Positions 48,571 to 62,562 are shown, numbered from the stretch's first letter. The stretch: 64,000 bases of DNA from Octopus vulgaris (GCA_951406725.2 OX597816.1:150908001-150972000); one strand, 5' to 3'. Program-made: numbers and translations. Notes: generated by a model not told the origin, from the sequence alone.

Positions 48571-49551
48571 CATCCATAACAGAACACAGCTTAAAAGAAG
48601 GGTAGTGTATAAGGATTGTTTTTACCATACCTCTCTCCAAAACTAATATCTATTTTACAACTCTGTTACTCTCACTACAACCACTCTATCACAAATTATA
48701 AATCTGTTCCTCTCATCTCACTTAACCTCCCTCATTACTTTGCCTAGAATTATCACATGCTCTCTCTTCTATTCTCACTCAGTTACAGGAGCCACTTTGA
48801 GCCGTTAGTCTTGCAAGTTATGAGATTCATTTTGCTAGATATGGTACTACATAAAAGACACCCGGTACAACTCTGTATCCATGTAGCCATGCCCCACAAC
48901 ATATCCTCCTAATATTCCCTCCCTCTACCTCTGCTCACTCACTGCACTCTTCATTTGCAATCTCGTGAACTTACCTATCCACCCACTCACCCTCTCCAAT
49001 CCCTAGTCCACTTCACTATATACATCTCCCTGTAACTTAGAGGTATGCTCTCAACACCATCTTATCATCACTGTCTTCTTTCTCTCCTCTCTCCCTCCCT
49101 CTCTCTCTCTTTCTCTCCTCTCTCCCTCCCTCTCCCTCTCTTTCTCTCTTCACCTGAAACAACCATGTTTCCCCTATAATGCAAGAGCCTTTTTTGCTGT
49201 CCCTCTGTACTACCCCCTCAGTTGCAGGGTCTTGTCTTGCAAGTTACTTGGTGACCTCACTGCTGCTAGTTCCTCATAATAAGCGCTCAGACCACTCTGT
49301 GAAGTGGTTGACATTAGGAAGGGCATCCAATAGTAGAGACCATCCCAAAGCATTCTGTATGGCTTGGTGCAGTCTTCCAACTTGCCAATTCCTATGGGAA
49401 CCATCCAACCCATGCCAACATGGAAAATGGACATTAAATGATAATGATGATGATGATGATGCATGTGTGTGTATAGTTGAATATGTATATGTATACATAT
49501 ATCCCCTTTTGCTGCACATTTTTATATGAATGCACTGAGTTTAGTGGAAAA

Positions 49552-49677
49552 TGGATGGATGGATGGATGGATGGATGGATGGATGGATGGATGGATGGAC
49601 GGATGGACGGACGGACGGACGGACGGACGGACGGACGGACGGACGGACGGACGGACGGACGGATGGACGGACGGACA
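49552..49677. repeat. (GGAT)n(GGAC)n repeat
   Basis: Direct inspection. Confidence 0.95.
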
Positions 49678-50462
49678 GAAGAAGAAGAAGAATATTTGTC
49701 AGACAAAATGCTTAGGGGTATTTCTTCTAGTTCTTTATCTTCTGATTTCAAATTCCATCAAGATTAGCTTTCTCTTTCATCCTTTTGGGCTTGATAAAAT
49801 AAGTACCCAGCAAATACTGGTGTCAATGTAATTAACTAAGCCCTCTCCTCAAAATTTCAGGCCTTGTGCCAACATTTGAAATGAGTGCCACCAAGTAGAG
49901 CTACCCAAGATGCAAGCAGCGCGACAAAACTGTACTGCATGCACTGGTGTAGTGTTCAAGTATTGCTGACTTGTGGAGTTGTATATCACACAGCAGTTAT
50001 TGCCTGGAGTACTGAAGCCATCGTAAAGATTGCCCCACCATTCACCTTTAACAAGGCAAGACAGACAGTGTCCATCTGTCTTGTACTCTTTACTCTTTTA
50101 CTCTTTTATTTGTTTCAGTCATTTGATTGTGGCCATGCTGGGGCACTGCCTTTAGTCAAGCAAATCGACCCCAGGACTTAATTCTTTGTAAGTCTAGTAC
50201 TATTCTATCGGTCTCTTTTGCTGAACTGCTAAGTTACGGGGATGTAAACACATCAGCATCGGTTGTCATGCAATGTTGGGGGGACAAACACAGACACACA
50301 AACATACACACACACACACACATATATGCATATATATGATGGGCTTCTTTCAGTTTCCATCTACCAAATCCACTCACAAAGCCTTGGTCAATCCGAGGCT
50401 ATAGTAGAAAACACTTGCCCAAGGTGCCACGCAGTGGGACTGAACCCGGAACCATGTGGTTG

Positions 50463-50506
<44 letters not shown>

Positions 50507-51005
50507 GAGTGAGAGAGCAGTGCAGTGAGACTGGGGTAAAATATACGAAGCCCAATATACCCATCATGACTACCCATCTGATAAGGGTACACTAGGCACA
50601 TGCATCACAACCATATGTGCACGACATGGTGATCTCATATCAAGATAAACAGCACATGGCCTTGCAGGTGGGGCCCAGTTAGAATTTTCTTCAGGTTGAG
50701 TAGCCCATCCCGCTCAAACGGTCCCTGAATAAGGGTTGTTTAAGGATGTTGAAAGAACCACCCATGTTTCCAGAGGTGAACTATTCAAACCCCAAAGAAT
50801 CACTCTCAACACATGGCTATGATGCTCCCCCACTACTTCTGCTCGTGATCAGAGATGCACATATCGTCAGCCACTAAGGGACATGCTCAACTGGTTATGG
50901 TCAAACAACTGACAAGCAAATCTGTGGTATTGAGCAGAATATTTGCTGTAGCCCATCTTTTATACCAAGACAAAACAATGTACATGATAACACTTCCAAT
51001 CAGTT
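50507..51005 (-). mobile_element. Second copy of the 1194-1732 TAA-embedded repeat
   Basis: Near identity along its length. Confidence 0.8.
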
Positions 51006-51030
51006 AATATCATTATTATTATTATTATTA

Positions 51031-51588
51031 CTTTTTTTTTTCTTCTTTCAAATTTTCTTCCATTTCTTGCCGAGTGTCTTCCCGACTCCTAGGGCAAAGA
51101 AACTCATAGTGTATATTGGTAGGCCATTAAACCAAACTCAGTAGTTCGTTCATTTTTTTTTCTTTTTTTTTTTTTTTAAAGTTAAATTAAACTGTAAGAG
51201 TTTGCGGTGTGTCTCTCTTGAGATGGCCTACCTAATGCATAGTAATAAGCGTATATTACTTCTTTATACTCTTCTCGGGTCCATTTGTTCTGCTTACATT
51301 TTTCTTTCTGTGGTGGTTGTGGTGGTGAACTTGGAGGGCTCGAGTTGGGGGATTTCCCGTTCAAGTGACCATCCATGTCCGTATTCGGAGAAGAGTTTGT
51401 GCCAGTTGATGACTTTTCGATCCCAGGCTGGCTATTCCCTGGGGGACTTGCTTCCAGATTAACCATAGGACAAGCGATTTGGTATACTGATTTAGTTTTC
51501 CTTTTAGTTTCCAAAAACATTTTGGTGCTACGATAATGTTATCATTTTTTAGCTTTGATTGGCTCGTGGGGAGACGGCCATCATTGCC

Positions 51589-51590
<2 letters not shown>
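51031..51590 (-). mobile_element. Internally deleted R4/Dong-like element (5' ORF start joined to a 3' end)
   Basis: KWTREEYKEVIYAYYYALGRP resembles an R4/Dong N-terminus; followed by an A-rich 3' end; (TAA)n on both sides. Confidence 0.55.
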
Positions 51591-51666
<76 letters not shown>

Positions 51667-51719
51667 TATTATTATGAAAGCCTCTCAGTTCTTAATTACC
51701 AGTTATTTTTTACTGGAAA

Positions 51720-53098
51720 GCAGGCAACAACAAATCACCAAAGGTCTCACATAGTGCCTTCTCCTGTGACTCAAAGAGACAATACTCTCCTTAGAATGTG
51801 AGCTATACCCAACAATGCTGTCTTCTGGATCACCTCGAGTCTGACAACAGTTCCAATATTCTTAATATGTTTTTCAAAGCCCTTGAAAACTACTCCTAAT
51901 GCTCCAATTACCACCAGTATCACCATTACTTACCTCACGCCCCATAACTTTCCTATCTCATTCCACAGCGGCTGGTATTTCTCAGTCTTTTCTGTTTACT
52001 TACATTTTACTCTTGAATCACCTGGTATTGCAACATCTATTATCTTTACTTCTTTTTCATCTTTATGGATAAGCACGATATCTGGCTGGCTTGCCTCTAT
52101 GACTTGGTTGCACTGCATGTTAAAATCCCAGAGTATTTTGTAATGTTTGTTTTTCATTAATCCCTCTGGCTTGTGTTCAGACCATTGTTCAGCTCTCTTG
52201 AGGTTTGCTTTACTGCACAACAGCCAGTAAACATATCTGGCCACATTGTTGTGTCTCCTTTTATATTCACGTTGTGTGAGCTTACAGCACTCACTAACAA
52301 TATGCTTTATACTTTCTCTCTTCTTAGAGTACATCCTACACTGTGGCGAATCAGTGCATTTATCAATGTGATATTTGGAGTAGTTTGGTCTGAGAACTTG
52401 TTCTTGAGCGCTGCACACTAATGCTTCACTGGGCCCTTTTAAGTCTCCTTTCTGCAGCCATTGCCAGGTTCTATTCCAATCAATCTCATCCTTATTCTTC
52501 AAGAACTGACAGCGCAATGTTTTGTCCTGCCAAATCTTCATCTACTCTCTCTGGTCTTTTTTAATTTTAATTGGATCTATGGCTTTGTTCACTTTTAAGG
52601 TTCCCTGCATTTTCACTGCTTCAATCATTTCTTCTTTACTTCCCTTGATATACCAGGCCAGGCTAATCTCCCCTTCCCTTACACAACCTTCACAACACAA
52701 TAATCCCCGTCCTCCCTCCCTCCTCTTTACATACAATCTTGACACATCACTCTTGGAATGTAGTTCCTTGTTTATTGTCATTAATTTACGTGTTCTCCAG
52801 TCTATCTCTTGTAATTCATGCTTCTTCCAAGATACTATTCCTGCCCCATATCTCATCAAAGCAACAGCCCATGTGTTAATTGCTCTAATCTTATAGTGGC
52901 CATTTAGCTTCGATTGGAGAACAAACTGAGTTCTTCTCAAAAACTCTTTCCTGTACATTTCTTTCATCTTATGTTCATTCATCTTATCTCTTTCAATGAT
53001 ACCTAGGTACTTATATCCTTCCCCTCCAACTTCCTTCGTAGTTTCACCACTTTCCAGCTTGATCCCATGGCTGCTACTGATTTTCCCCCTTTTGAGAA
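51720..53098 (-). mobile_element. R4/Dong-clade RLE non-LTR retrotransposon, 5'-truncated
   Basis: YKYLGI, SKLNG..KIRAINTWAV, RLYVKRREGGRGL, WLQKGDLK, AQEQ.LR, CR.....ESIKHIVSEC, KRRHN.VA, ILWDF, PDIVL, IIDVAIPGD, VIGALG; flanked by TAA repeats. Confidence 0.88.
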
Positions 53099-53139
53099 TT
53101 ATTATTATTATTATTGTTGTTGTTGTTATCATTATTGTT

Positions 53140-53233
<94 letters not shown>

Positions 53234-53861
53234 TAATAATAATTAATAATAAATAATAATAATATCAGCCACAGCAGCAGCAGCAGCAGAAAAAGAAATC
53301 AACATAATATGCTTTCTGAAATTTCATACTTCATTATTTCAATGTCTCTATTAACCTGTGTCTATACTGTCAGGTGTTGGGTAGGAGGGAAGCATTGATT
53401 AGTTGTATGTGTTTCTAACATACACTCTTTCACAGAACAATTTCTGACAGTTATTTGGAGTGAATTACTTACTGATTCATTTATTCACAAGAGTATATTC
53501 ACAATGAGTAATTAAGTAATTGAGTAGGATCCCACTGACCAATTTACAATGTTTAGTCACATGATACATTTTGCATGTCAACAAGAACTTCCAAATGAGT
53601 TGAATGAGACAACCAAGTCAGACAGGAGAAAGTACAGATATATATATACAAACAAATATACTTATGTATGTATGTGTATGTATGAGGATCTGTACAACCA
53701 GCACATTTTTACCAGAATCTTGGTAGGAAAAACAGTTACCTTAATCATGAATTTAAGCTGCTCAAAACCACCATAAAAATAATTCTGGCATTTTGTGTAA
53801 AGGATTTTGTTTTATTGGTCTACTGTTCACAGTAACTATTTTGGATTTGTAGTGTATCATT

Positions 53862-53903
53862 ATGAATAATATGATGAATAATACCAACATGGCAGCTACT
53901 GAA
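53862..53903 (+). CDS. Candidate first coding exon of ALDH3 gene B (MNNMMNNTNMAATE; ATG at 53889 has the best context)
   Basis: ccaacATGGCAGCTACTGAA|gtaagt, a phase-0 donor compatible with the acceptor at 61874; mirrors the short ATG exon of gene A. Confidence 0.55.
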
Positions 53904-54110
53904 GTAAGTACTAATATATTAACCCATAATATTTTCATCAATAATCCTAAACACTGTTTGAATATTTTCTTCCTCAGTGAATACTTATTTGTAATGTAGG
54001 ACTCTAACTAAAAGAAATATTAATGTAACAGCTTTTTCACTACACTAGAATTATATTTTAAAACATTTGTAGATATATTTAAATCAACTTTTTCACCTAT
54101 TTAATATAAT

Positions 54111-54590
54111 GAAATTATTGTATACAGTGCTCAGGTGCACCAACTTGTCAAAAGTGCATATAAAGCATATGCAGTAATGTACAAATGTCTGGGAAGTGAA
54201 CAGTGTATGAGTCAGATACATGCTTGCGTGTGTATGGAGGGGAGAAAATCAGGTGTAGTGTTGGCAAATCTCAGGAAGCATGGAAGTTTTGAAGGATGCA
54301 GTGCTCCGACAACTAACAACTGATGCTGGCAGTTTGTTCCATACTTCAGCAACTCTTAGCATGAAAAAATGTTTCCAAAAGTCATGGGAGCTGTGCTGTT
54401 TTCTGACTTTGTAAACATGTCCACTGGTGTTAGACAGGTGGAGTTTGAAAAGGTGCTGAGTTATTGTTAGTAAGATGGTTAATAATTTTATGGGTGTCTG
54501 CCAAATCAGCTGCCAGATGTCGGAGTTTCAATGTATCCATGCCCAGGGAAGTAAGGCATTCAGAATATGGCAAATGCCTGATGGAGGGTA
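54111..54590 (-). mobile_element. CR1/L2-type LINE 3' end
   Basis: LPYSE.L..L....L..R.L.ADL....KI...; TSGHVYKVRKQ...KHFF.LRV..VWNKLPASVV; 3' tail ...cacctgagcactgtatacaataatttc. Confidence 0.8.
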
Positions 54591-55004
54591 AAAAAAAGAA
54601 GATTTTGGACATGTGGCCCTAGATACACTCTGAGAAAAAAAGACATGTTTGAAGTGTCTGATTTTTAAATATGTGCCTAAATAACAATAGCAATTTTGAG
54701 TCTGGAAATAGATATAGAACCAAATAAATTTGAAATCAAACTATGATATCCATGCCTTTTTGACAGCATATGTAAAATATGTAAGCATTGGTTTTAAAGG
54801 CAGAGGCTATGATTTCAGTTAAGTTCATAATAGTGAAGTCGTTTCACTTCTAATTCACTAAATGTGAGAATGCAGAAAATTGGGATTTCTGTATAGAATT
54901 TGCTGAAAAAAAGACTCAAAGAATATTAATAAATTCTCTTTCAAGAGCTGACCAGATAGAAAAACTACACTATGCTACTCTGTTTTGGCAGGGTTTTTAT
55001 GGCT

Positions 55005-55053
<49 letters not shown>

Positions 55054-55057
<4 letters not shown>

Positions 55058-56222
55058 TGACAGAAGTAAATAGACACCCTTATAATCATTTAAATTTATT
55101 TAAATCTGAAATCATACATTCAAATTACTTATTAATTGTTATAATGTAAATATTTAATATTCAGTAGACATGCCCCTTGCATTTTTCAATTTTCTATTAG
55201 GCATCAGATGACAAACATTCTCTTGAGGGTTTTATGCAGTAATCTCAAAAGATCTAGCTTTGAAAATGCTTTCTTGTTCTTTTTATGAAGTGTTCTGTCC
55301 ATTATGCCCCAGAGGTGTTCAATAGGGTTCATACCTGCTGACTGGCTTGACTATGGAAACTTTTTAATGCCATTCTCATCCAACAAATCTTGGATAATTT
55401 CAGCTGTGTGACATGGAGCTTCAACTTCCATAAATAGTCTCCTTTAATCATTTCTCTACTGGAGAAGATTGGAAGGGGTCCTTTCTTCAATATGGACATA
55501 ATTTATCTGAGTTTATTTTTCTCTCACACTCCACCAGCTCCAAATTGCTCCAAATTGCTCCCCAGACCATCACAATGTTTCATTGTTGGCTGTTATCTTT
55601 TCTTGTTAAATTCTTGATCACAGAGTTTCCAGACCCACACTTGACTGCTGTCAGAAAATACAGCAAATCTGGACTAACTGGAGAAAATGACAATGTTTCA
55701 AAATGACAGTGGCCTCTCCACCATCTCACCAGCCCAATCTTTTCTCCACTTGATATTGCTGCTCTGCCATAGTAATCAAGTTTGTGGAGATACCTGACAG
55801 CTGTTCTGGGACTGACATCAACATGTTCTGCTATGTCAGATGTCTTGCAACAAGGATTATCCTCCACACTTCTCTTAACAAAGAGAAGGGTCCTGTCAGA
55901 GAGCCCTAGTCAACCTGGGTGGGGTGATGTGGACTCCTTCCCCTCTCTGGTGAATTGCACAATCACTCTGTTAACTGTAGAAAGTGGGATCCCAAGATTT
56001 TTTGTGATTTTATGCTATGTCCACCATCAGATTGACCCACAATATGGCCTCTTTGAAATTCAGACAGTTCCAAAGCTTCTTTTGTACATGCCATGATTAA
56101 ACAGTCATATGTAGAACCTGAAACATAAAAACATCAATTGATAAAAAATATAAACCTTTACAAGTTAGAATAGACATAAAATGATGTTTTATGTGGTGTC
56201 TATTTACTTCTGTTATGTTTGT
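55054..56222 (-). mobile_element. Tc1-like transposon, degraded
   Basis: TIRs acagaagtaaatagacacc / ggtgtctatttacttctgt; HTH region ...VSPRTAVRYLHKLDYYGRAA, APCHTA and a .PIE motif. Confidence 0.85.
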
Positions 56223-56224
56223 GA

Positions 56225-56290
<66 letters not shown>

Positions 56291-57669
56291 AATTGATTTT
56301 TATATTTCATACTATTTTATATTACAATTATTGAACAATACCATCATTTTTTACAGGTTTCAAACAGGCAAATATTTGGTTCACTGTATTTCTAAGTTAC
56401 AAGAGCAGACATTTTCATCATCATTATCATCTTTTAATGTTCACTTTTTCATGCTTGCATGGGTTAAACAATATTTGTTGGCTGAGCCAGTGGCATGTAA
56501 AAGCACCCATTATACTCCCACAGTGATTGGCATTAGGAAGGGCATCTGGCCATAGAAATCATGCCAAATCAGGCTGGAGTCTGGTGCAGCCTCCCAGCTT
56601 ACCACCCCTGGTCAAACCATCCAACCAATGCCAGCATAGACAACGGACTTTAAATGATGATGTAGATTCTCTGGCACCAGATGCCCTTCCTGATGCCAAT
56701 CTTCACCTCTTTCCAAGCAAAGTAATATTTTCTCATGACCAGACATGTTTTCTTGAAAGACTAGAAACAGGGGACACTGCTTGAATGACAGTGAAGCTTG
56801 TTTACAACAATCATGTGATGTCAAGACAAGGAAACATAAACACATACACTCACACACACACTAGGCTTCCTTCAGTTTCTATCTGCCAAATCCACTCACA
56901 AAGTTTTGCTCAGCCTGGATTTATAGTAAAAAAATCTCTTGCCCAGGTTGTCACAGAGAGGAAATGAACTCAAAACCAAGTGGTTGGGAAGCAAACGTCT
57001 TTACAACACAACCATACATGTGTCTTTATTATCAAGTAACTGATAAAAGGTCATTTATTTCTTTATACACTTACTGTCAGCATTCTGCACATCAAACATA
57101 TGAACTACTTTGCAGCTGGTAAGAAATGATAAAATAATTCTAAAAATACAAATAAACTTATCAAAGTATATTTGCTGTAGATGATTTATAGACATTTATT
57201 TTTTACTAATAAAATAGCTTTCACATTTCTCTTTCAGTTGGATATATGTTTTAAGAATATCATTATTAATCCATATGATTTAAAGATTTGGAGTTCTGTG
57301 ACTTCTATAATAGATTTTTAATGATACAAACTTATTGATGAGTTTAAAAAGCAAAATTATTGAACAGTGTTAAAAAACAATAATTTTAAATTTCTTATTA
57401 ATTTTCAATTCAAATAAAATAAAATCATGTGTATCTTAGTATGTATTTAGCTAGGATCCCCAATGTTACTTCTTGCAGTTGTAAATTTACAAAACTAAAA
57501 CTTGCAAATGATTCTGAGCAAACACATTTGAAAAGACAGCTAAAGAAAATTTTCAATTTTGATGCATGATTAAACAGGTCTGCAAAATGGAACTTTTTGA
57601 AAATTGTTTTGATAATTTTAAGTTACTTTGTATTTTTTATTTATTTATTTATTTATTTTTATACCACTA

Positions 57670-60060
57670 ATTCAAAATTTCAAAAATACTTTTTCCCATT
57701 ATCTAAGGTTTTCTCACAATTTAATGATAAAATATCCCATAATTTGTAGGTAAATCCACATATGATAGGACAAAATGAAACTAGTAAAAATTAACTTGGT
57801 ACTTGACTTAGCAAAATAAAATGGCACAAATGCAACTGAAAGGTGAAGAAACCGATTTTACCAGGGTTTCATTCATGTTGTAGGTTCTCTTTCTCTTGGA
57901 AACCATGCCTGGAACTCTTTCACTTGTGAGCATTTGATGGACATTCACAACACATCATCCAGCAATAGTCGGTCATCATATTGACATTCCATTCTCCATG
58001 ATATCTTCTTTCCATTTTCTTTATGTCTTGGGGAAACATTTTCCCTTGCTCCTCACTCAATTCCCCCAGATTTTCCAGAAAGAAATCCAAATGGGCATGT
58101 AGGAAATGAACTTTAATGCTCATTTTACACCCTAAGTCCTCAAAATTTTCCAGCATTCTTCTCACAATGTTTTTATAGTTTGGATCCTAGCAATTACCCA
58201 AGAAGTTCTTCTTTACATCTTTAAAACTAATCCATGCATCTTTTTCAGAATCACCAAGAAAGTTTTCAAAATTTTCATCTTTAATGAGTTTCTTTACACC
58301 TGGTCCTACAAATGCATTCTCTTCAACTTTGGTGTTTAACAGAACAAGAAACTTACTACACAAATACTTGAAGCCCGCTACAGCCAGTGGCAAAGCTTTT
58401 ATGAATTGCAGCATGAAGCCAAGTTTTATAGGTTTTATAAGTAGAGGATGTAAAAGAACTCTTTTTGGTTCATATTTCAAAGGATATTCTTTGTTCCTAG
58501 TGTAAGTGTATCCCAAGTTGCCCGTTCTCTTTTTTAGACCAGTGGAGGTTCCTTGCTTTACTGTTCATTCACACAAGAAGCAAGAAAATTTTGTGTAGCC
58601 TGACTGTTGTTAAAGCAACATGCAAATTATTTTCAAGTCACTACAAATCATCCACTTATGATCTTTGAATTTAATCTTGTGTAAGAGTGACACCAAATTT
58701 TCAAATGTTTCCTTCATGATCACTGAGTGTCCAACAAGGGTGGAAGCATATTTATTACCATTATGCAATAGAACAGCTTTAAGACTTCTTTATGAAGAGT
58801 CAGTAATGAGTCTCCATTCATCAGGGTTGTAACTTAAGCCAAACTTTCTTATTAGTCCTGATGGATCTGTACATTAAGCCAAATCATTTTCTTGAGCAAA
58901 ATAAGGAACATATTCTCTTTTGTGGTTATGACACCAATAGAATGATGTGTGAGGAGCTAAAAGATACTTGGTTTTAAGTCTGGAGCCTAAAAGCTCTGTT
59001 GACTCCTTTGCTAGTGCTAAATCTTTCGCTAAATCATTTAATTCATACTGGTTGAATACTTAAGGTTCTTTACCTTCACTGCTGTTGAAGTCTTCATCAT
59101 CATTGCTACTTTTGCATTCTGACTTAGAACTCAGGTGTATGTTCTTCAAGGTTTCCTGGTGGTGATGGGACTGGTATGTCTGGTTTATGGGTGACAGGTC
59201 ACAATGCAGATGGGCGATTTAGACAAACACTGCTTTTCCCAGTCTTTAAATTGTGTCCCTGCACCTTACATGAGCAAAAGTAGCAATCATCACTGACTTT
59301 TAGGCTCCCTCCATATCATTGGAACCCCAACATGAAAAGACTTCTTTGTACATTTTGCCCATTGTCTTAGTTCTTCAACGCAAATTGAGAAGGCCATATA
59401 AGAAGCACACTTCTTATCTTGGTCTTTTAATTTTACACCAAAGTAGGCATAAGATTCATTGAAAAATTTGGTCATGTTTCTCAGGTGTTTTTTAGTTACA
59501 AACTTATTACAAATGTAACAAAAGTTATCTAGGCTTGATTCACATCCTCTAGAAGACAGCCTTACTTCAAATGATGTAGAGATCTGTAAGTAAAGGGGAA
59601 GGGGACAATTTTTAACAGCGTATATTTGGTTTACCATCAAAATGTATTCATAATATTAAAAAAATATAACATATAATACAGAATGTATGTAAAATATATA
59701 CACTGACAAAGGCATGAAAAAATAACTGTAATATATAAAAAGATACGTTTTAACCTAAGCAATATGACCTTTGTAAAATGCATCTTTCTCTCCTCATTTC
59801 TTGTTGATGTCTGAAAATACAGTGATGCAGGCATCTCTCTGTATAGCTGAATAAGTCCAAACATTGCCAGATTCTGATTTTTCAAAATCACACCAATTAC
59901 TTATTCTGTTATAGTCTTTTTAAATAGGGCAATTAATAGTAATGATAGAAGACAATAGTCAAATTTGGGCCTAATGGTAAAATTGATTTTGTGAAGAAAC
60001 TGTATGTGATGGGATAATTTCTTTGTGATTTTTGAAATCAGCAAGTAAAATTGATCATAT
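57670..60060 (-). mobile_element. Chapaev3-like (CMC superfamily) DNA transposon, degraded; ends approximate
   Basis: FCYIC.....YAYFGVKL.DQDK...PMIWREPK, LLHPL.IK...MLQFIKAL, KVHFLHAHLDFF.ENLGELSEEQG..F.QDIK.MERRY...MMTDYCW; family name is from recall of these motifs. Confidence 0.7.
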
Positions 60061-61873
60061 TATTGATGTCTTTGTTTACCAGAGTTTTATTCCCTGTATC
60101 ATTTCTAAGTTAAGTGAAGCTTTATTTTGTTTTCAGTTGGGTGTTTTAAGTGCAGAAACAAGACAAGTTTTCTTCAGAGTGATGATATGAATCCACAGGT
60201 TTTTGCCACATAAAAAATGGAATGAATAGTGTAGTGTAGTGTCTTTGCTGAGTGAACTCAAACATTGGTAACTCTGAAATGCCTTTGTTCTTGCAAGAAT
60301 TTACCTCAGGTTAAAAAGGCCTTAATTTCTTTATAACCTGATGAATGCGTTTTCTACAATGGCAGCTATTATTTTGCTGTGCATGTTGCTGAAGAAGATT
60401 CTGGAAAATACTGGATCCAGAACCCATCTGTGCTTCATACTTTTAAAGATAGGAAGTGTAACTGAAAATGTCCTATTGTGTTTCAAAGGCACTTTTTTTA
60501 ACCCTAATGAATAAAAATGTAAATATCTTCATGAGGTCTCTACCAAGCCATCAAGGAAGTTTCTATGAAATCATTTAGTTTAATAGAAATAATAGACAAA
60601 TTCCCTTGAGTCATATGCTATATCTGAATGACACATTGGAGAATGTAGTCCTAGTCATACAAAAATGTAGGATGGTCATAGCTGGGATGCCTTGTTTTAT
60701 CAGAACTGATTCAGGTTAAACAACTGCAACAACCCTTGTGAAGTTGGGGAAGAAACTTAAGGTTATCCCAGTTTGCCTTAATTTCTCTCCATAGTATTGA
60801 AAGCTTTGTTAAATCAATAAATACTGCATATAGAAATAGAAATTATACTCATGTATCATTCCTAAAAGGTATGTACATACAAAAATTCATAAATCAACAT
60901 CATTTTGAGAGATTATTATATAGTATGTCAATGGAAGTGATATTAATATTGTCATATAGAAAGCAGATGTCTATTCCCAATAAAACTGATTTAGCCAATT
61001 CATCTATCTGCATTTGATAAAATAAATACCAAGCATGTGCTGGGGCAATTCAGCCAATAGAATTTTTTATCTTGTGGTTGTGTAAGGTATAAATATGTTA
61101 ATTAATATGCCTTCTGCTTTAAAAAAGTGAACCTTTTGCCTATGAAGCAGATATTATTTCTTTCATTTCAAAGGTGGTGAGCTGTCAGAATCATCAGTAC
61201 AGTGGGCAAAATGCTTAATAGCATTACTTCTGGCTCTTTATGTTCTGAGTTCAAATGCTATTATAGTTGACTGCTTTTTATGCTTTCAGAGTTGATAATA
61301 TAAGTACCAGTTGAGTACTGGGGTCAATGTAATCAACTTTCCCCTCTCCTCAAAATTGCTAGCCTTGTGCCAAAATTAGAAAGAATTATTTCTTACAATT
61401 TTGGAATGTGGTGAGCAGAAGGGGAAAATGCTAAAGCCTTGAAAAAAAAATGCAATACAGTATTTTTTCTGACTCTTTACATTCTGAATTCAAATCCTGC
61501 CAAAATCAGGATTTGAAGTTTTCTTTCATTCTTTCAGGGTTGCTAAAATGAAATATCAATCAAACACTGAGATCAATAGTATCCCCTCAAAATTATTGGC
61601 CTAGTAGCTGATGTAAAAAGCATTATTCTTTCAGTATAGTTTTTGTCAGACAGCTCAATCAACTCTGTAGGGGAAACCTGTGACACAAGAATAACTAGCC
61701 AATATTTTTAACAATAATTATCCTATTTTTATTATGAAATATATCATATGGTCCCATGGTTTAAGATTTAAAATATGAGGAGTTTACTGAATGACATTTG
61801 TTTGTTTTGACAAAGTTGATAAACTTATAGTAGATCCCACTTTGACTCATATTTTCTCTCTCTTATATTGTAG

Positions 61874-62017
61874 CAAGTTTTCAACCTTAGGCGGTCTTTC
61901 CAGAGTGGAATTACCAAGCATATAGACTGGCGCCATAAGCAACTGAAGGCCATGCTATTAATGTTTGAGGAGAATAGAATTCTTTTCGTTGAAGCTCTGA
62001 AAAATGACTTGTATAAA
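61874..62017 (+). CDS. ALDH3: Second ALDH3 paralog (gene B), 144-bp exon QVFNLRRSFQSGITKHIDWRHKQLKAMLLMFEENRILFVEALKNDLYK
   Basis: Polypyrimidine tract plus tag acceptor, gtaagt donor. Same length and phase as gene A exon 18474-18617, with 15/48 identical residues and no gaps. Confidence 0.88.
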
Positions 62018-62562
62018 GTAAGTATCAAGAATATGAATACCAGATTCCCCACAAGTAAAGCAGCATTTAAATATCAATATAACGTTAAAAATAAATTTTT
62101 AAAAATAAAATAACTACTTCAGGAATACTCATACTTTTTATTTTAGGATGTTTTAGATTTTTATTATGTTTTACATACTTGACGTATGTGTGTCTTTGTG
62201 TGTGTGTGTGTGCACGCACATGCGTGTGCTGTGTATAGAAACAGTATTAAGTTAAAACACCCATTGTATCATACTTAATGTAAATACATCATTGAAAGGT
62301 AAATTTACTGCCGTATTCATTTAGAGATAACATCTGTTATGGACTTGTATTTAAAAACACAATAGCTACTAGATGTAAACATTTTTAAACATAGCACATC
62401 CATAACAGATGTTACCTCTAGATAAATACTGCAGTAAACTTGCCTTCTAATGATGTATTCACATTAAGTATGATACATAAATGGATATATATATTTATAT
62501 AATAAGAAAATAGAGAGGTAATTAATAAATAATAATTTATTAATTAAAAAATTGACAAACAT

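Noticed and set aside
60137-60198. Alternative gene B start exon (...ATG AAT CCA CAG|gttttt)
   Set aside because: Phase is compatible but the donor is weak; 53862-53903 with gtaagt is better. Not excluded without transcripts.
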